Shown piece after piece: positions 1 to 7,648 of a stretch of DNA of 13,880 bases. This DNA comes from Myxococcota bacterium. Lineage in GTDB: Bacteria; Myxococcota_A; UBA9160; UBA4427. The notes under the pieces were generated by a model. That model was not told the DNA's origin. It did not search any database and worked only from the letters and a program-made list of their open reading frames with translations. Position 1 is the stretch's first letter, and every line of letters starts with the position of its first letter. The stretch spans positions 1 through 13,880 of the forward strand of contig JAYZFK010000072.1 of NCBI GenBank assembly GCA_036336835.1, in the 5' to 3' direction. The translations under genes and the position numbers were made by a program.

Positions 1-75
1 GGGGGGGGGGGGGGGGGTGGGGGCCAGGTGGGGGTCGGCGTCGGGGGGGGGGGGGCGGCGGGGGCGGCGGGCGGC
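1..75. other. Poly-G / G-rich low-complexity end, probable sequencing or assembly artefact
   Basis: 17 consecutive G at the start and a further long G run near 43-55. The translation is low-complexity and unlike the MFS sequence downstream. Confidence 0.7.
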
Positions 76-835
76 GCCCCCCACGGCCGCGCCGACCGCG
101 CGGGTCAGCGCGCCGGGGCTGGGGCTGATCTTTCCGTGTGCGGCCTTGGCGCTCGTCGCGGCCACGGTCGTGGCACTCGCGATCCCCGAACGCGTGGCGC
201 CGCGGCACGCCCGCTCGCGTCGCGGCGAGTGGAGGCAGCTCGTCGCGGACCCCAGCGTCGCGCGCGCGCGCGTCTTCACCTTCCTGATCTTTCTGGGCAT
301 CCAGGGCCCGATGCATCTGTTCCCGCTGCTGGCTCGCAGCCACGGCGGGGGGATCGCCGCGATTGCGCAGATGTGGTTCTGGATGTTGCTGCTCGAGATT
401 CCGCTCGTGCTGGCGCTCGGCCGCACTATCGCGAGGATCGGGCCGCGCTCGGTCGTCTCGATCGGTGCGGCAGCGGCCGCCGTTCGCTGGCTGGTCAGCG
501 GCTACACCGATGACCTGACGCTGCTCACCGTGATCCAGGTGCTGCACGGCGTCACCGTGTGGGGTCTGATGCTCGGTCTTGCGGTCTATGTCGACTCGCT
601 GGTCCCCGCGCAGCTGCGCTCGACCGGACAGGGGATGCTCGCCATGGTGGGGCCAGCACTCGGAGGGGCTGTCTCGAACCTGCTGGCGGGCGAGCTGATC
701 GACCGCTGGGGGGCTGCTGCCCCCGCGCGGGCGGGCGGCTGGCTGGCGCTGGCCTGTGCGCTGCTGGTGCCGATCCTGCTGGTCCGTGTGCCTTCGGGCC
801 GCGCCGATGCGGCGGGGGTCGACCATCGCGCATAA
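17..835 (+). CDS. MFS transporter, C-terminal part (MFS_1-like, HcaT/NupG-type); true 5' end not recoverable
   Basis: Run of hydrophobic helices with typical second-half MFS motifs: LEIPLVLALGRTIARIGPR, AAVRWLV, QVLHGVT, VDSLVPAQLRSTGQG. Stop TAA at 833-835. The first ~35 codons come from G-rich low-complexity sequence and are unreliable, so the start at 17 is nominal. Confidence 0.8.
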   Translation: MGARWGSASGGGGRRGRRAAPPTAAPTARVSAPGLGLIFPCAALALVAATVVALAIPERVAPRHARSRRGEWRQLVADPSVARARVFTFLIFLGIQGPMHLFPLLARSHGGGIAAIAQMWFWMLLLEIPLVLALGRTIARIGPRSVVSIGAAAAAVRWLVSGYTDDLTLLTVIQVLHGVTVWGLMLGLAVYVDSLVPAQLRSTGQGMLAMVGPALGGAVSNLLAGELIDRWGAAAPARAGGWLALACALLVPILLVRVPSGRADAAGVDHRA

Positions 836-875
836 TGCGCGTCCGGTCGTCCAGCGGCCGTGCGGGGAGGCGGAC

Positions 876-2081
876 TTGATCCTGGATCTGTTCTCGGAGC
901 TGCAGAAGGCGCGCGCCGACTGGCGCGGCGACCCCGAGCAGGCCGTGCTCGACGAGGCGCTCGAGCAGGTGAAGCTGGCCGACGAGCTGGGCTACGGCTG
1001 CTGGTGGACGGTCGAGCACCACGGCGCCACCGAGTTCAGCTACTCGAGCGCTCCCGAGCTGGTGGTGACCGCGTTTGCGCAGCACACGCGTCGCATCCGC
1101 TTTGGACACGCGGGCATCCTGGCGCCGTTCGCAATCAACCATCCGCTGCGCGTGGCCGAGCGCGCGGCCGCGATGGACCGGCTCTCGGGCGGGCGCCTGG
1201 AGCTCGGGCTGGCGCGCTCCGGCGGCACCGAGTGGGACACCTTCGGCGTGGACCCCGACACCTCCCGCGATCAGCTCGAGCAGGCGCTGCGGATGATTCC
1301 GCGCATGTGGACCGAGAAGCGCTTCTCGTGGAAGAGCGATCTGCTCGAGATTCCGGAGCGCGATGTCGTGCCCAAGCCGTTGCAGGATCCGCATCCTCCG
1401 CTGTGGCAGACCTGCACCAGCCCCGAGTCGTTCGAGCTGGCGGGTCGACTCGGCGTCGGAGCCCTCGCGACCACGCTGCTCTCCCCGCTCGAGACGCTGG
1501 CAGAGCTGCTGGCCTTCCACGAGCGCGGGCTGTCGCAGTGCCGCGAGCCGGCGGGTCGCAGCGTCAATTCGCGGCGAGCGGTGTTCACCTTCATGCACGT
1601 GGCCGAGAGCCGCGACGAAGCGATCGCGAGCCGCGCCGCCGACCAGGCGCTCTGGTTCGTGAACGCCGCACCGCGCGTGTTCCAGGTGCCGCGCAGCATC
1701 TGGATCGATGCGATCCGAGGGGACATCCAGAGCAGCGACCCGGCGGCGACGCGCTCGCTCGCCGCGCCCGAAGAGCCGCCGCGCGACGATGACCTGGACG
1801 ATCCCGTGGCGGTGATCCGGCTGCTCAACCGACAGCGCGCGGGCATCGAGCTCGATCCCGTCGAGGTGTTCGAAGCGCTCGAGCCGCTCGAGTCGGTCGT
1901 GATCGGCGATCCCGACGCGTGTCTCGGCAAGGCGCGCGGCTACGCGGCAATCGGCGTGGATCGCCTGATGGCGCTGATGGCGTTCGGCGCGCTGCCGCAG
2001 GAGCGGGTGCTCTCGAGCATCCGCCTGGCGGCCGAGCATCTGTTGCCGGCGCTGGCCGGGGAGGGCAGGGGCGATGGCTGA
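876..2081 (+). CDS. LLM-class (luciferase-like) flavin-dependent oxidoreductase, 401 aa
   Basis: Motifs ADELGY..WWTVEHH, SSAPEL, HPLRVAERAAAMDRLSGGRLELGLARS and PKPLQDPHPPLW. Start moved from 756 to the in-frame TTG at 876 (MILDLFSELQ), which has GGAGG at 866-870 and removes the overlap with the MFS gene. Confidence 0.9.
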   Translation: MILDLFSELQKARADWRGDPEQAVLDEALEQVKLADELGYGCWWTVEHHGATEFSYSSAPELVVTAFAQHTRRIRFGHAGILAPFAINHPLRVAERAAAMDRLSGGRLELGLARSGGTEWDTFGVDPDTSRDQLEQALRMIPRMWTEKRFSWKSDLLEIPERDVVPKPLQDPHPPLWQTCTSPESFELAGRLGVGALATTLLSPLETLAELLAFHERGLSQCREPAGRSVNSRRAVFTFMHVAESRDEAIASRAADQALWFVNAAPRVFQVPRSIWIDAIRGDIQSSDPAATRSLAAPEEPPRDDDLDDPVAVIRLLNRQRAGIELDPVEVFEALEPLESVVIGDPDACLGKARGYAAIGVDRLMALMAFGALPQERVLSSIRLAAEHLLPALAGEGRGDG

Positions 2082-2601
2082 CTACGCGCTGCAGTCGATC
2101 TTCCACTTCACCGTGAGCGCGAGCGACTTCGAGCGCTCGCTCGACTTCTATCAGCGGCTGGGCTTCGAGCTGTTGCGCGACAATCGCGACGTCGTCTGGC
2201 CCCAGTTCGTGGCCGACAACTTCGGCCTCGAGCGTGCCCAGGGGCGGGGCTCGCTGCTGGCGCTCGACGACGGCGAGAGCCAGGTGAGGATCGACCTGAT
2301 CGAGTGGCTCGAGCCGCGCGAAGCGCCCGCTGCCGAGCGGGCGTCGAGCCCCGAGCGGCCGCCCCGCATCGTGGCGATTCGGACCAGGAACGTCGCCGGT
2401 GCCTACGCAGCGCTGCGGGCTCGCGGCATCGAGTTCATCCGCGAGCCCTATCGCCCCGCCCCCGAGCTCGGCGTCGAGGCCGTCGTCTGCTGCCGCGACC
2501 CCGACGGTCTGATCATCGAGCTGATCGAGTACGCACCCGGAGTCCTGGGAAGCAAGGTCGCATCGCTCGAGAAGCGAGAGGGCCCGGGCGCCGGGGCGTA
2601 G
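2074..2601 (+). CDS. VOC family (glyoxalase/bleomycin resistance/dioxygenase fold) protein, 175 aa
   Basis: IFHFTVSASDFERSLDFYQRLGF at the N-terminus, IDLIEW in the middle, RDPDGLIIELIE at the C-terminus. The start overlaps the LLM stop by 8 nt (ATGGCTGA). Confidence 0.9.
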   Translation: MADYALQSIFHFTVSASDFERSLDFYQRLGFELLRDNRDVVWPQFVADNFGLERAQGRGSLLALDDGESQVRIDLIEWLEPREAPAAERASSPERPPRIVAIRTRNVAGAYAALRARGIEFIREPYRPAPELGVEAVVCCRDPDGLIIELIEYAPGVLGSKVASLEKREGPGAGA

Positions 2602-2614
2602 CCTCGAGGATTCG

Positions 2615-4177
2615 ATGGATCGAACCTTCTGGACGCTCGTGACCCCCTGGCTGGTTGGCGCGCTGCTGCTGGCCGGCGGCGTCTGGGCGTGGTGGCAGCA
2701 GCCGGTTGCCTTCGACGACGCGTACATCACGTATCGCTATGCGGAGAACTGGCTGGCCGGCCATGGCCTGGTGTTCGAGCCGGGTGCGGCGCCGGTCGAA
2801 GGCTTCAGCAATCCGCTGTGGCTCGGGGTGTCGGCGGCGGCGCTGAGTCTCGGCGCCGATCCGTTCGAGGCGACTCGTCTGCTCGGGGTCGCGAGCTACT
2901 CGCTCGCGATTGCGGCGATCGGCCTCGGGCTCGCGCGGCAGGCGGGCGCGCTGGGAGCGTCCGGCGGCTGGCTGCTGCCGGCGCTTGCCTGCCTGGTGCT
3001 GCCGGCCGGACTCGCGGGTGTTGCGGGAAGTGGTCTCGAGACCGGTTTCCTGGCGCTCTGCCTGGTCTCGCTCGGCCTGTCGTTCCTGCTGCGCGACGAC
3101 TCGCCGGCCGTCCGGCCACTGTGCGTGCTGCTTCCGCTGGTCGCCTGTCTGACGCGGCTGGACGCGCTGATCGCGGTCGTGGCCGTGAGCCTCGCCGACC
3201 TCGTGCGCGCGGGCGCGGGCGAGCTGCCGGGCGCGCGCCAGCGCGCCCGCTTGCGCTGGATCCCGCTCGTCTCGCTGTTGGTGGCGACCACCGTGTTCCG
3301 GCTGGTCTACTACGACGCCTGGCTGCCGAATCCCTACTACGCGAAGGGGGCCGACGAGTGGCACCTTGCCGCGGGACTCGCCTACCTCGCCGGGTTCGTC
3401 CAGAGCTCCTGGCAGGTGGTGCCGCTGGCCGGGCTCGCGGCCTTCGGCGCGTGGGCCGCGGGCTCGTGGCGCGTCCGCCGGCTGTGCGTCTTCGCGCTGC
3501 TGTGCACGGGCGGCTATGCGCTCTACATCGCGAAGGTGGGCGGCGACTTCATGCAGTACCGCTTCGCCTGGCCGCCCTATCTGGTGCTGGCTGCCGGGGG
3601 GCTCGGGGGGCTGGCCGAGCTGGCGCGCCGCAGTCTGCTGCCGGCGGCGCTGCTCGGTGTCTCGGTCGCGGGTCTGGCCGGGCTTCCGACCGTGCTCGAG
3701 CACGAGTACGCGATGCAATCGCTGGCCGAGATGGACGCCTATACGCGGCTCGGGCTCGAGGTGGGTCCCGCGCTCGATCGGGCGCTCCCCCCCGGCACGC
3801 AGGTGGCCACCACGCTTGCGGGCAGCCTTTCCTACGGCTCGCGCCTGCGCATCGTCGACCAGTGGGGCCTGAACGACCGCAGCGTCGCGCGCGGCCGCGG
3901 ACTCGAGCAGTTCCAGCGCGGTCACTACAAGCCGGCCAGCGCGGAGTATCTGCGCGATCGCGGCGTCGAGCTGGTGATTCATCACCCGCTGGTGTGCGAT
4001 TGCGCGGAGCTGTGCACCGAGCCCGTGCCGATGCTGTTCCTGCGCCTCGACGCGCAGCGTTGTCTGCAGGGGTTCCTGGTGGCGCCGCGTCCGGAGCTGA
4101 TCGAGCGGGTCTGCAGCGAGCCGGAGCGGTTCGCCCTCCACGGCATCGACTGCGTCCCGGTTCGCCCCGACGGCTAG
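2615..4177 (+). CDS. Polytopic membrane protein, putative GT-C glycosyltransferase (arabinofuranosyltransferase AftB-like), 520 aa
   Basis: After TM1 comes DDAYITYRYAEN..G.GLVF.PG..PVEGFSNPLW; also SGLET, TRLDA, LPNPYYAK and GGDFM..RF. About 10-11 hydrophobic segments and a soluble C-terminal domain. RBS GAGGA at 2606-2610. Confidence 0.7.
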   Translation: MDRTFWTLVTPWLVGALLLAGGVWAWWQQPVAFDDAYITYRYAENWLAGHGLVFEPGAAPVEGFSNPLWLGVSAAALSLGADPFEATRLLGVASYSLAIAAIGLGLARQAGALGASGGWLLPALACLVLPAGLAGVAGSGLETGFLALCLVSLGLSFLLRDDSPAVRPLCVLLPLVACLTRLDALIAVVAVSLADLVRAGAGELPGARQRARLRWIPLVSLLVATTVFRLVYYDAWLPNPYYAKGADEWHLAAGLAYLAGFVQSSWQVVPLAGLAAFGAWAAGSWRVRRLCVFALLCTGGYALYIAKVGGDFMQYRFAWPPYLVLAAGGLGGLAELARRSLLPAALLGVSVAGLAGLPTVLEHEYAMQSLAEMDAYTRLGLEVGPALDRALPPGTQVATTLAGSLSYGSRLRIVDQWGLNDRSVARGRGLEQFQRGHYKPASAEYLRDRGVELVIHHPLVCDCAELCTEPVPMLFLRLDAQRCLQGFLVAPRPELIERVCSEPERFALHGIDCVPVRPDG

Positions 4178-4935
4178 CGCGACGCCTGCGTGGGGCGGTA
4201 GTACCAGTTTGCCCGGTCGTACTCGAGGTACTTGTGAATGCGCTCGTAGCCGTGCTGCTCGAAGTAGCGGGCAATCCGCTTGCGAACCGTTTGCGTGGCC
4301 TCGATGCAGACGAGCTCGGGCCGGAAGCGATCGATGTCGAAGGCCGCGAGCGCCGCCGGCTCGCCTTCCTCGATGTCCATGGAGAGAAAGTCGACGTTGG
4401 TGACGCCGTTCTGAGCGAGCAGATCGTTCAGCGTGATCGTGGGGCGCTCGACCTTCTCGACGTCCACGTCGACGACGAACAGCTCGACGTGGTCCTCCAC
4501 GGTGGACGACAGATCTCCGTGGATCCCCTGTCCGGTGCGGTAGAAGGGATCCAGGGTGCCCGAGTGGTCGGTCACGATGTAGCTGAAGAAGCGGGTGCGA
4601 GGACGGTGCCTGGCGTAGCCCTCGGTGAACTCGTCGCGCGCGTCGACCGCGATGCCCGACCAGCCGAGGTGCTTCTCGAGGTAGTAGGTCGTGTTGACGT
4701 GCTGCCAGTGGGAGGAGCCGACGTCGAGGAAGAACCCCCCGATCCGGTCGTCGAAGAAGTGCCGGATGATCAGCTCCTCGTGGCCCGCCGAGTAGAGGCT
4801 CGTCCCCTCGGTGAGGATCGCATCGCGATCGCGGGGCTTCGTCTCCTCGACGACCGTTTCTTCACCCGCGGGCCCGCAGGCGAGCCATCCAGCCAGGCAG
4901 GCCAACAGCCATCCTCGAGCCGTCGTCCTCTTCAT
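4174..4935 (-). CDS. FkbM-family SAM-dependent methyltransferase with a putative lipoprotein signal peptide, 253 aa
   Basis: Motifs GFFLDVGS, GWSGIAVD, TITLNDLL..NGVTNVDFLSMDIEEGE and RPELVCIE. N-terminus MKRTTARGWLLACLAGWLAC-G. The stop overlaps the convergent gene's stop (CTAG, 4174-4177). Confidence 0.85.
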   Translation of the reverse strand: MKRTTARGWLLACLAGWLACGPAGEETVVEETKPRDRDAILTEGTSLYSAGHEELIIRHFFDDRIGGFFLDVGSSHWQHVNTTYYLEKHLGWSGIAVDARDEFTEGYARHRPRTRFFSYIVTDHSGTLDPFYRTGQGIHGDLSSTVEDHVELFVVDVDVEKVERPTITLNDLLAQNGVTNVDFLSMDIEEGEPAALAAFDIDRFRPELVCIEATQTVRKRIARYFEQHGYERIHKYLEYDRANWYYRPTQASR

Positions 4936-4983
4936 CTCGCAGTCGCAGCCTCCGCCAGGTCGCGCCCGGGGTCGGGCGTTCGC

Positions 4984-4989
4984 AGCATA
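4984..4989 (-). promoter_or_regulatory. Putative -10 element (TATGCT) of an internal promoter for the FkbM gene
   Basis: ggTATGCT on the minus strand in the 72-bp gap, about 48 nt upstream of the ATG. An AT-rich TAnnnT hexamer in otherwise GC-rich DNA. Confidence 0.4.
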
Positions 4990-5007
4990 CCGGACGGGGC
5001 GTAGCGC

Positions 5008-7383
5008 CTATCCGCGGTCGAGCGTCGCCGGGACTCGGGCCAGGGCGAGCGAGCCGAGCGCGTAGATCGCCACGGTGAGCGCGATCAGCCAGGAGAAGCC
5101 GAGTGTCATGGCGAGCAGTGTGGAGAGAATCGAGCCGATCACAGAGAAGAAGCCGTTCACGGACCAGGCCCACGCCACGTACTCGCGCTGGTGCTCGGTT
5201 TGCGACGCCAGCGTTCGCAGTCCGATCGGCATGAAGGCACCCAGGCAGAGACCCAGGGGAGAGACGAAGAGCAGCGCGAGCCCGATGCGCAGCGGGAGCG
5301 GGGCCCCGCCCGCCCACTCGACCGCGATCGGGAGCCCGAGCAGGTAGGCACTGACCAGCACGGCCAGCGCCGCGACGAGCCCGGTGAGCGCTCGTGCGAC
5401 CGCGATGTCGTAGCGCGCGCTCAGGATGCTCCCGATCCCCGAGAACACCAGCAGGCCGAAGAGCGTGACCGACAGCGAGTAGGTCGGATAGCCGAGCAGC
5501 AGCGTCAGCATCTGGATCAGCGAGACCTCCAGGAACATGAAGCCCAGCCCGAGCGCTGCGAAGTAGACCACCGCCTCTCGCTTGTAGGGAATCTCGCGCC
5601 AGATGCCGCGGATCGCCGCCAGCGGCAGGAGCAGGAAGATCGCCGCCAGCAGTGCGGCGATGCCGAGCAGCACCAGGAGGATCTGCTCGCCGATCGAGTC
5701 CTCGTAGTTCACGAGCGATCCCCGGAGCCCGCGCGGCGACGAGATTGCGTCGCCGAACCGGGCGAAGTGCCAGAAGAAGGGCGAGTCGTCGCGCACCGGG
5801 TCGATCAGGTAGGGGTATTCGTCGACCCACTCGGCGAGGTCGGGGTCTGGCAGCGTGATCAGCTCGCCGACCGCGCTGTTCGCTGCCACGTCGGGCATGT
5901 AGTGGGCGAGCCCTCGAGAGATCTTGGCGGTCTGGGACGCAAAGCCGCGGATCTGATCGACCGACACGGGCAGCGGACTGAGCAGGATGGTGGTCTCCGT
6001 GAAGGGAGGGAGACCGAGGGCCGTACCGACCAGGACGCGGTGCGCGAAGTCTTGCAGTCCGGCCTCGGCGAACGCCTGTCGTGCCGTGGCGAGATAGCGC
6101 AGCGTCCGATTCGGCTTGCCCAGGAAGTCCGGCTCACCGAACTGCGCGCAGATGACGCCTCCCGGCGCCAGGTGCTGGAGGCTCTCGCGCAGCATCTCCA
6201 CGGTGTAGAGGTAGCTCTCGGACAGCACGAAGGCGGCCGCGCTCGACGCGTTCATCGCCGCGTAGGAGTCGGGTGCCACGAACCAGATCAAATCGTACTG
6301 GCTGTCGTCGCCCTGGAGGAACGAGCGTCCTTCGGCGTTCACCACGCGGACGCGGGGGTCTTCGTGCAGGCGTCCCGCGAAGTCCGCATAACGCTCCGTG
6401 AGCAGGTGGACCGTGACCGGATTCAGCTCGACGGCGGTCACGCTGCTCGCGCCGAAGTAGAGCGAGGCGAGGATCTCGTGGCCTCCGGCCGAGCCGATGA
6501 TCAGGACGCGGGGCCCCTCGTCCAGCACCGAGAAGGGCAGTGCGCGGGAGTCCGTCGCCAGGTCATCGTGGCTCGAGACGCCACTGCCGGTGCTGCGAAT
6601 GATCGAGCCGATGTTTCCGTCGTGGAGCAGCAGGCGCTGGGAGCCGAAGTCGGCGACGTCCACTCGGAACACCGGGCTCCAGCGGGTGAAGATGATGGCG
6701 CCCTGCGCGCGCAGCCCACCGATGTGCTTGCCGGAGTCGGCGACGGGATCGGGCAGCAATCCGGGGGCGACGAGGGGGACGACGAGCGCCGCCGCGGCGA
6801 GCGCTGTCGCCGCGAGCAGGCCGCGGCGCGGCAGTGCGAGGCGCACGCCGGCCGCGAGCATCAGCAGGCCCGCCAGCATCACGCAGCGCGGCGGATCGAG
6901 CCACACGATCAGTGGAATGCTCATTACACAGCCGAGTCCCGCCCCCAGCAGATCCGCGCCGTAGAGCCGGCTGGCGTTGCTCGGCCGCGCCCCGAGGATC
7001 GTGGCGATCGCGATGCCCACGGCGATGAAGGGGGCCGCGAGGCACAGGCAGACACCGGCCAGCTTGGCGGGCTCCCAGAGATCGAGTGTCAGCCGCGAGG
7101 CGTTGATCGGAGCCGACGCGATCACCAGATAGCCGCCGAGCACCAGCGTGCCCGCGGCCAGACACAGGACGGGGAGCAGGCGCGCCGGGTCGGCCTCGCG
7201 CAGCCTCCTCGAGACCGCGACCCCCACGCCCCCCGCGCCGAGCCCGAGCAGGCCCACGCCGATGATCAGATAGGTGAAGTAGTAGTAGAGCTTGAACGAG
7301 AAGATCCGCGTATACGCGATCTCCATCAGCATCGCCGCGAGTGAGATGCAGAAGATCTCGAAGTAGAGAGGCCTCGTCTTCAT
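5008..7383 (-). CDS. Polytopic membrane protein with a central spermidine-synthase-like class I SAM-binding domain, 791 aa
   Basis: About 7 N-terminal TM helices (EIAYTRIFS, LYGADLLGAGLG). The soluble core has VLIIGSAGGHEI, VTAVELNP, AEGRSFL, YDLI and ESYLYTVE..LAPGG. DDSPFF precedes about 6-7 C-terminal TM helices (YFAALGLGFMFLEV, WAWSVNGFFSVIGS). Confidence 0.8.
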   Translation of the reverse strand: MKTRPLYFEIFCISLAAMLMEIAYTRIFSFKLYYYFTYLIIGVGLLGLGAGGVGVAVSRRLREADPARLLPVLCLAAGTLVLGGYLVIASAPINASRLTLDLWEPAKLAGVCLCLAAPFIAVGIAIATILGARPSNASRLYGADLLGAGLGCVMSIPLIVWLDPPRCVMLAGLLMLAAGVRLALPRRGLLAATALAAAALVVPLVAPGLLPDPVADSGKHIGGLRAQGAIIFTRWSPVFRVDVADFGSQRLLLHDGNIGSIIRSTGSGVSSHDDLATDSRALPFSVLDEGPRVLIIGSAGGHEILASLYFGASSVTAVELNPVTVHLLTERYADFAGRLHEDPRVRVVNAEGRSFLQGDDSQYDLIWFVAPDSYAAMNASSAAAFVLSESYLYTVEMLRESLQHLAPGGVICAQFGEPDFLGKPNRTLRYLATARQAFAEAGLQDFAHRVLVGTALGLPPFTETTILLSPLPVSVDQIRGFASQTAKISRGLAHYMPDVAANSAVGELITLPDPDLAEWVDEYPYLIDPVRDDSPFFWHFARFGDAISSPRGLRGSLVNYEDSIGEQILLVLLGIAALLAAIFLLLPLAAIRGIWREIPYKREAVVYFAALGLGFMFLEVSLIQMLTLLLGYPTYSLSVTLFGLLVFSGIGSILSARYDIAVARALTGLVAALAVLVSAYLLGLPIAVEWAGGAPLPLRIGLALLFVSPLGLCLGAFMPIGLRTLASQTEHQREYVAWAWSVNGFFSVIGSILSTLLAMTLGFSWLIALTVAIYALGSLALARVPATLDRG

Positions 7384-7505
7384 TCGCGAATGCTGCCTCG
7401 TGGGTGCGAGCGGAGCCTCTTCGACTGGCGGGCTTCAGCCGGCAGTGCCCTGGTTCCCCGGCGAGGGGACTCGTTCAGCCGGGGGATGCTTTTCGGGGGC
7501 CGCCG

Positions 7506-7514
7506 AAGATAACA
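7506..7514 (-). promoter_or_regulatory. Putative extended -10 element (TGtTATCTT) for the 791-aa membrane protein gene
   Basis: The minus strand reads cc-TG-t-TATCTT, fitting TGnTAnnnT. This implies a leader of about 115 nt. Confidence 0.45.
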
Positions 7515-7549
7515 GGCGCGGCGCGCGCCCGCGCGATGCACCGTGCGAC

Positions 7550-7610
7550 GACGGCGCCCTGACGGCGCCCCGACGGCACCCTGACGGCGCTCTGACGGCT
7601 GCCAGACCGC
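7550..7610. repeat. Tandem 11-bp direct repeats, consensus GACGGCGCCCT (five units plus a degenerate sixth)
   Basis: GACGGCGCCCT (7550), GACGGCGCCCC (7561), GACGGCACCCT (7572), GACGGCGCTCT (7583), GACGGCTGCCA (7594), GACCGC (7605). Confidence 0.9.
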
Positions 7611-7622
7611 AGGGCCGCGCGG

Positions 7623-7642
7623 TATCCTGGGGTGCGAAGGAG
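7623..7642 (+). promoter_or_regulatory. Putative -10 (TATCCT) and RBS (AAGGAG) for the PPOX-class gene
   Basis: ggTATCCT at 7621-7628, AAGGAG at 7637-7642, GTG start at 7649. Confidence 0.5.
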
Positions 7643-7648
7643 ACCCCC

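Noticed and set aside
1..110. Poly-G tract as a G-quadruplex or phase-variation tract, and the GTG at 17 as the MFS start
   Set aside because: It lies at the sequence end, gives a low-complexity translation and resembles a poly-G read-end artefact. The MFS N-terminal half is missing.
756..875. Upstream start of the LLM ORF at 756
   Set aside because: It overlaps the MFS gene by 80 nt. The TTG at 876 has a GGAGG RBS and matches the usual LLM N-terminus.
7550..7610. Repeat array as a CRISPR or iteron origin
   Set aside because: The units are only 11 bp with no unique spacers, and there is no cas or rep gene or AT-rich unwinding region nearby.
7400..7648. 83-aa N-terminal extension of the PPOX gene
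   Set aside because: It translates promoter and repeat DNA. A strong AAGGAG followed by GTG at 7649 gives a start at the point where the family motifs begin.
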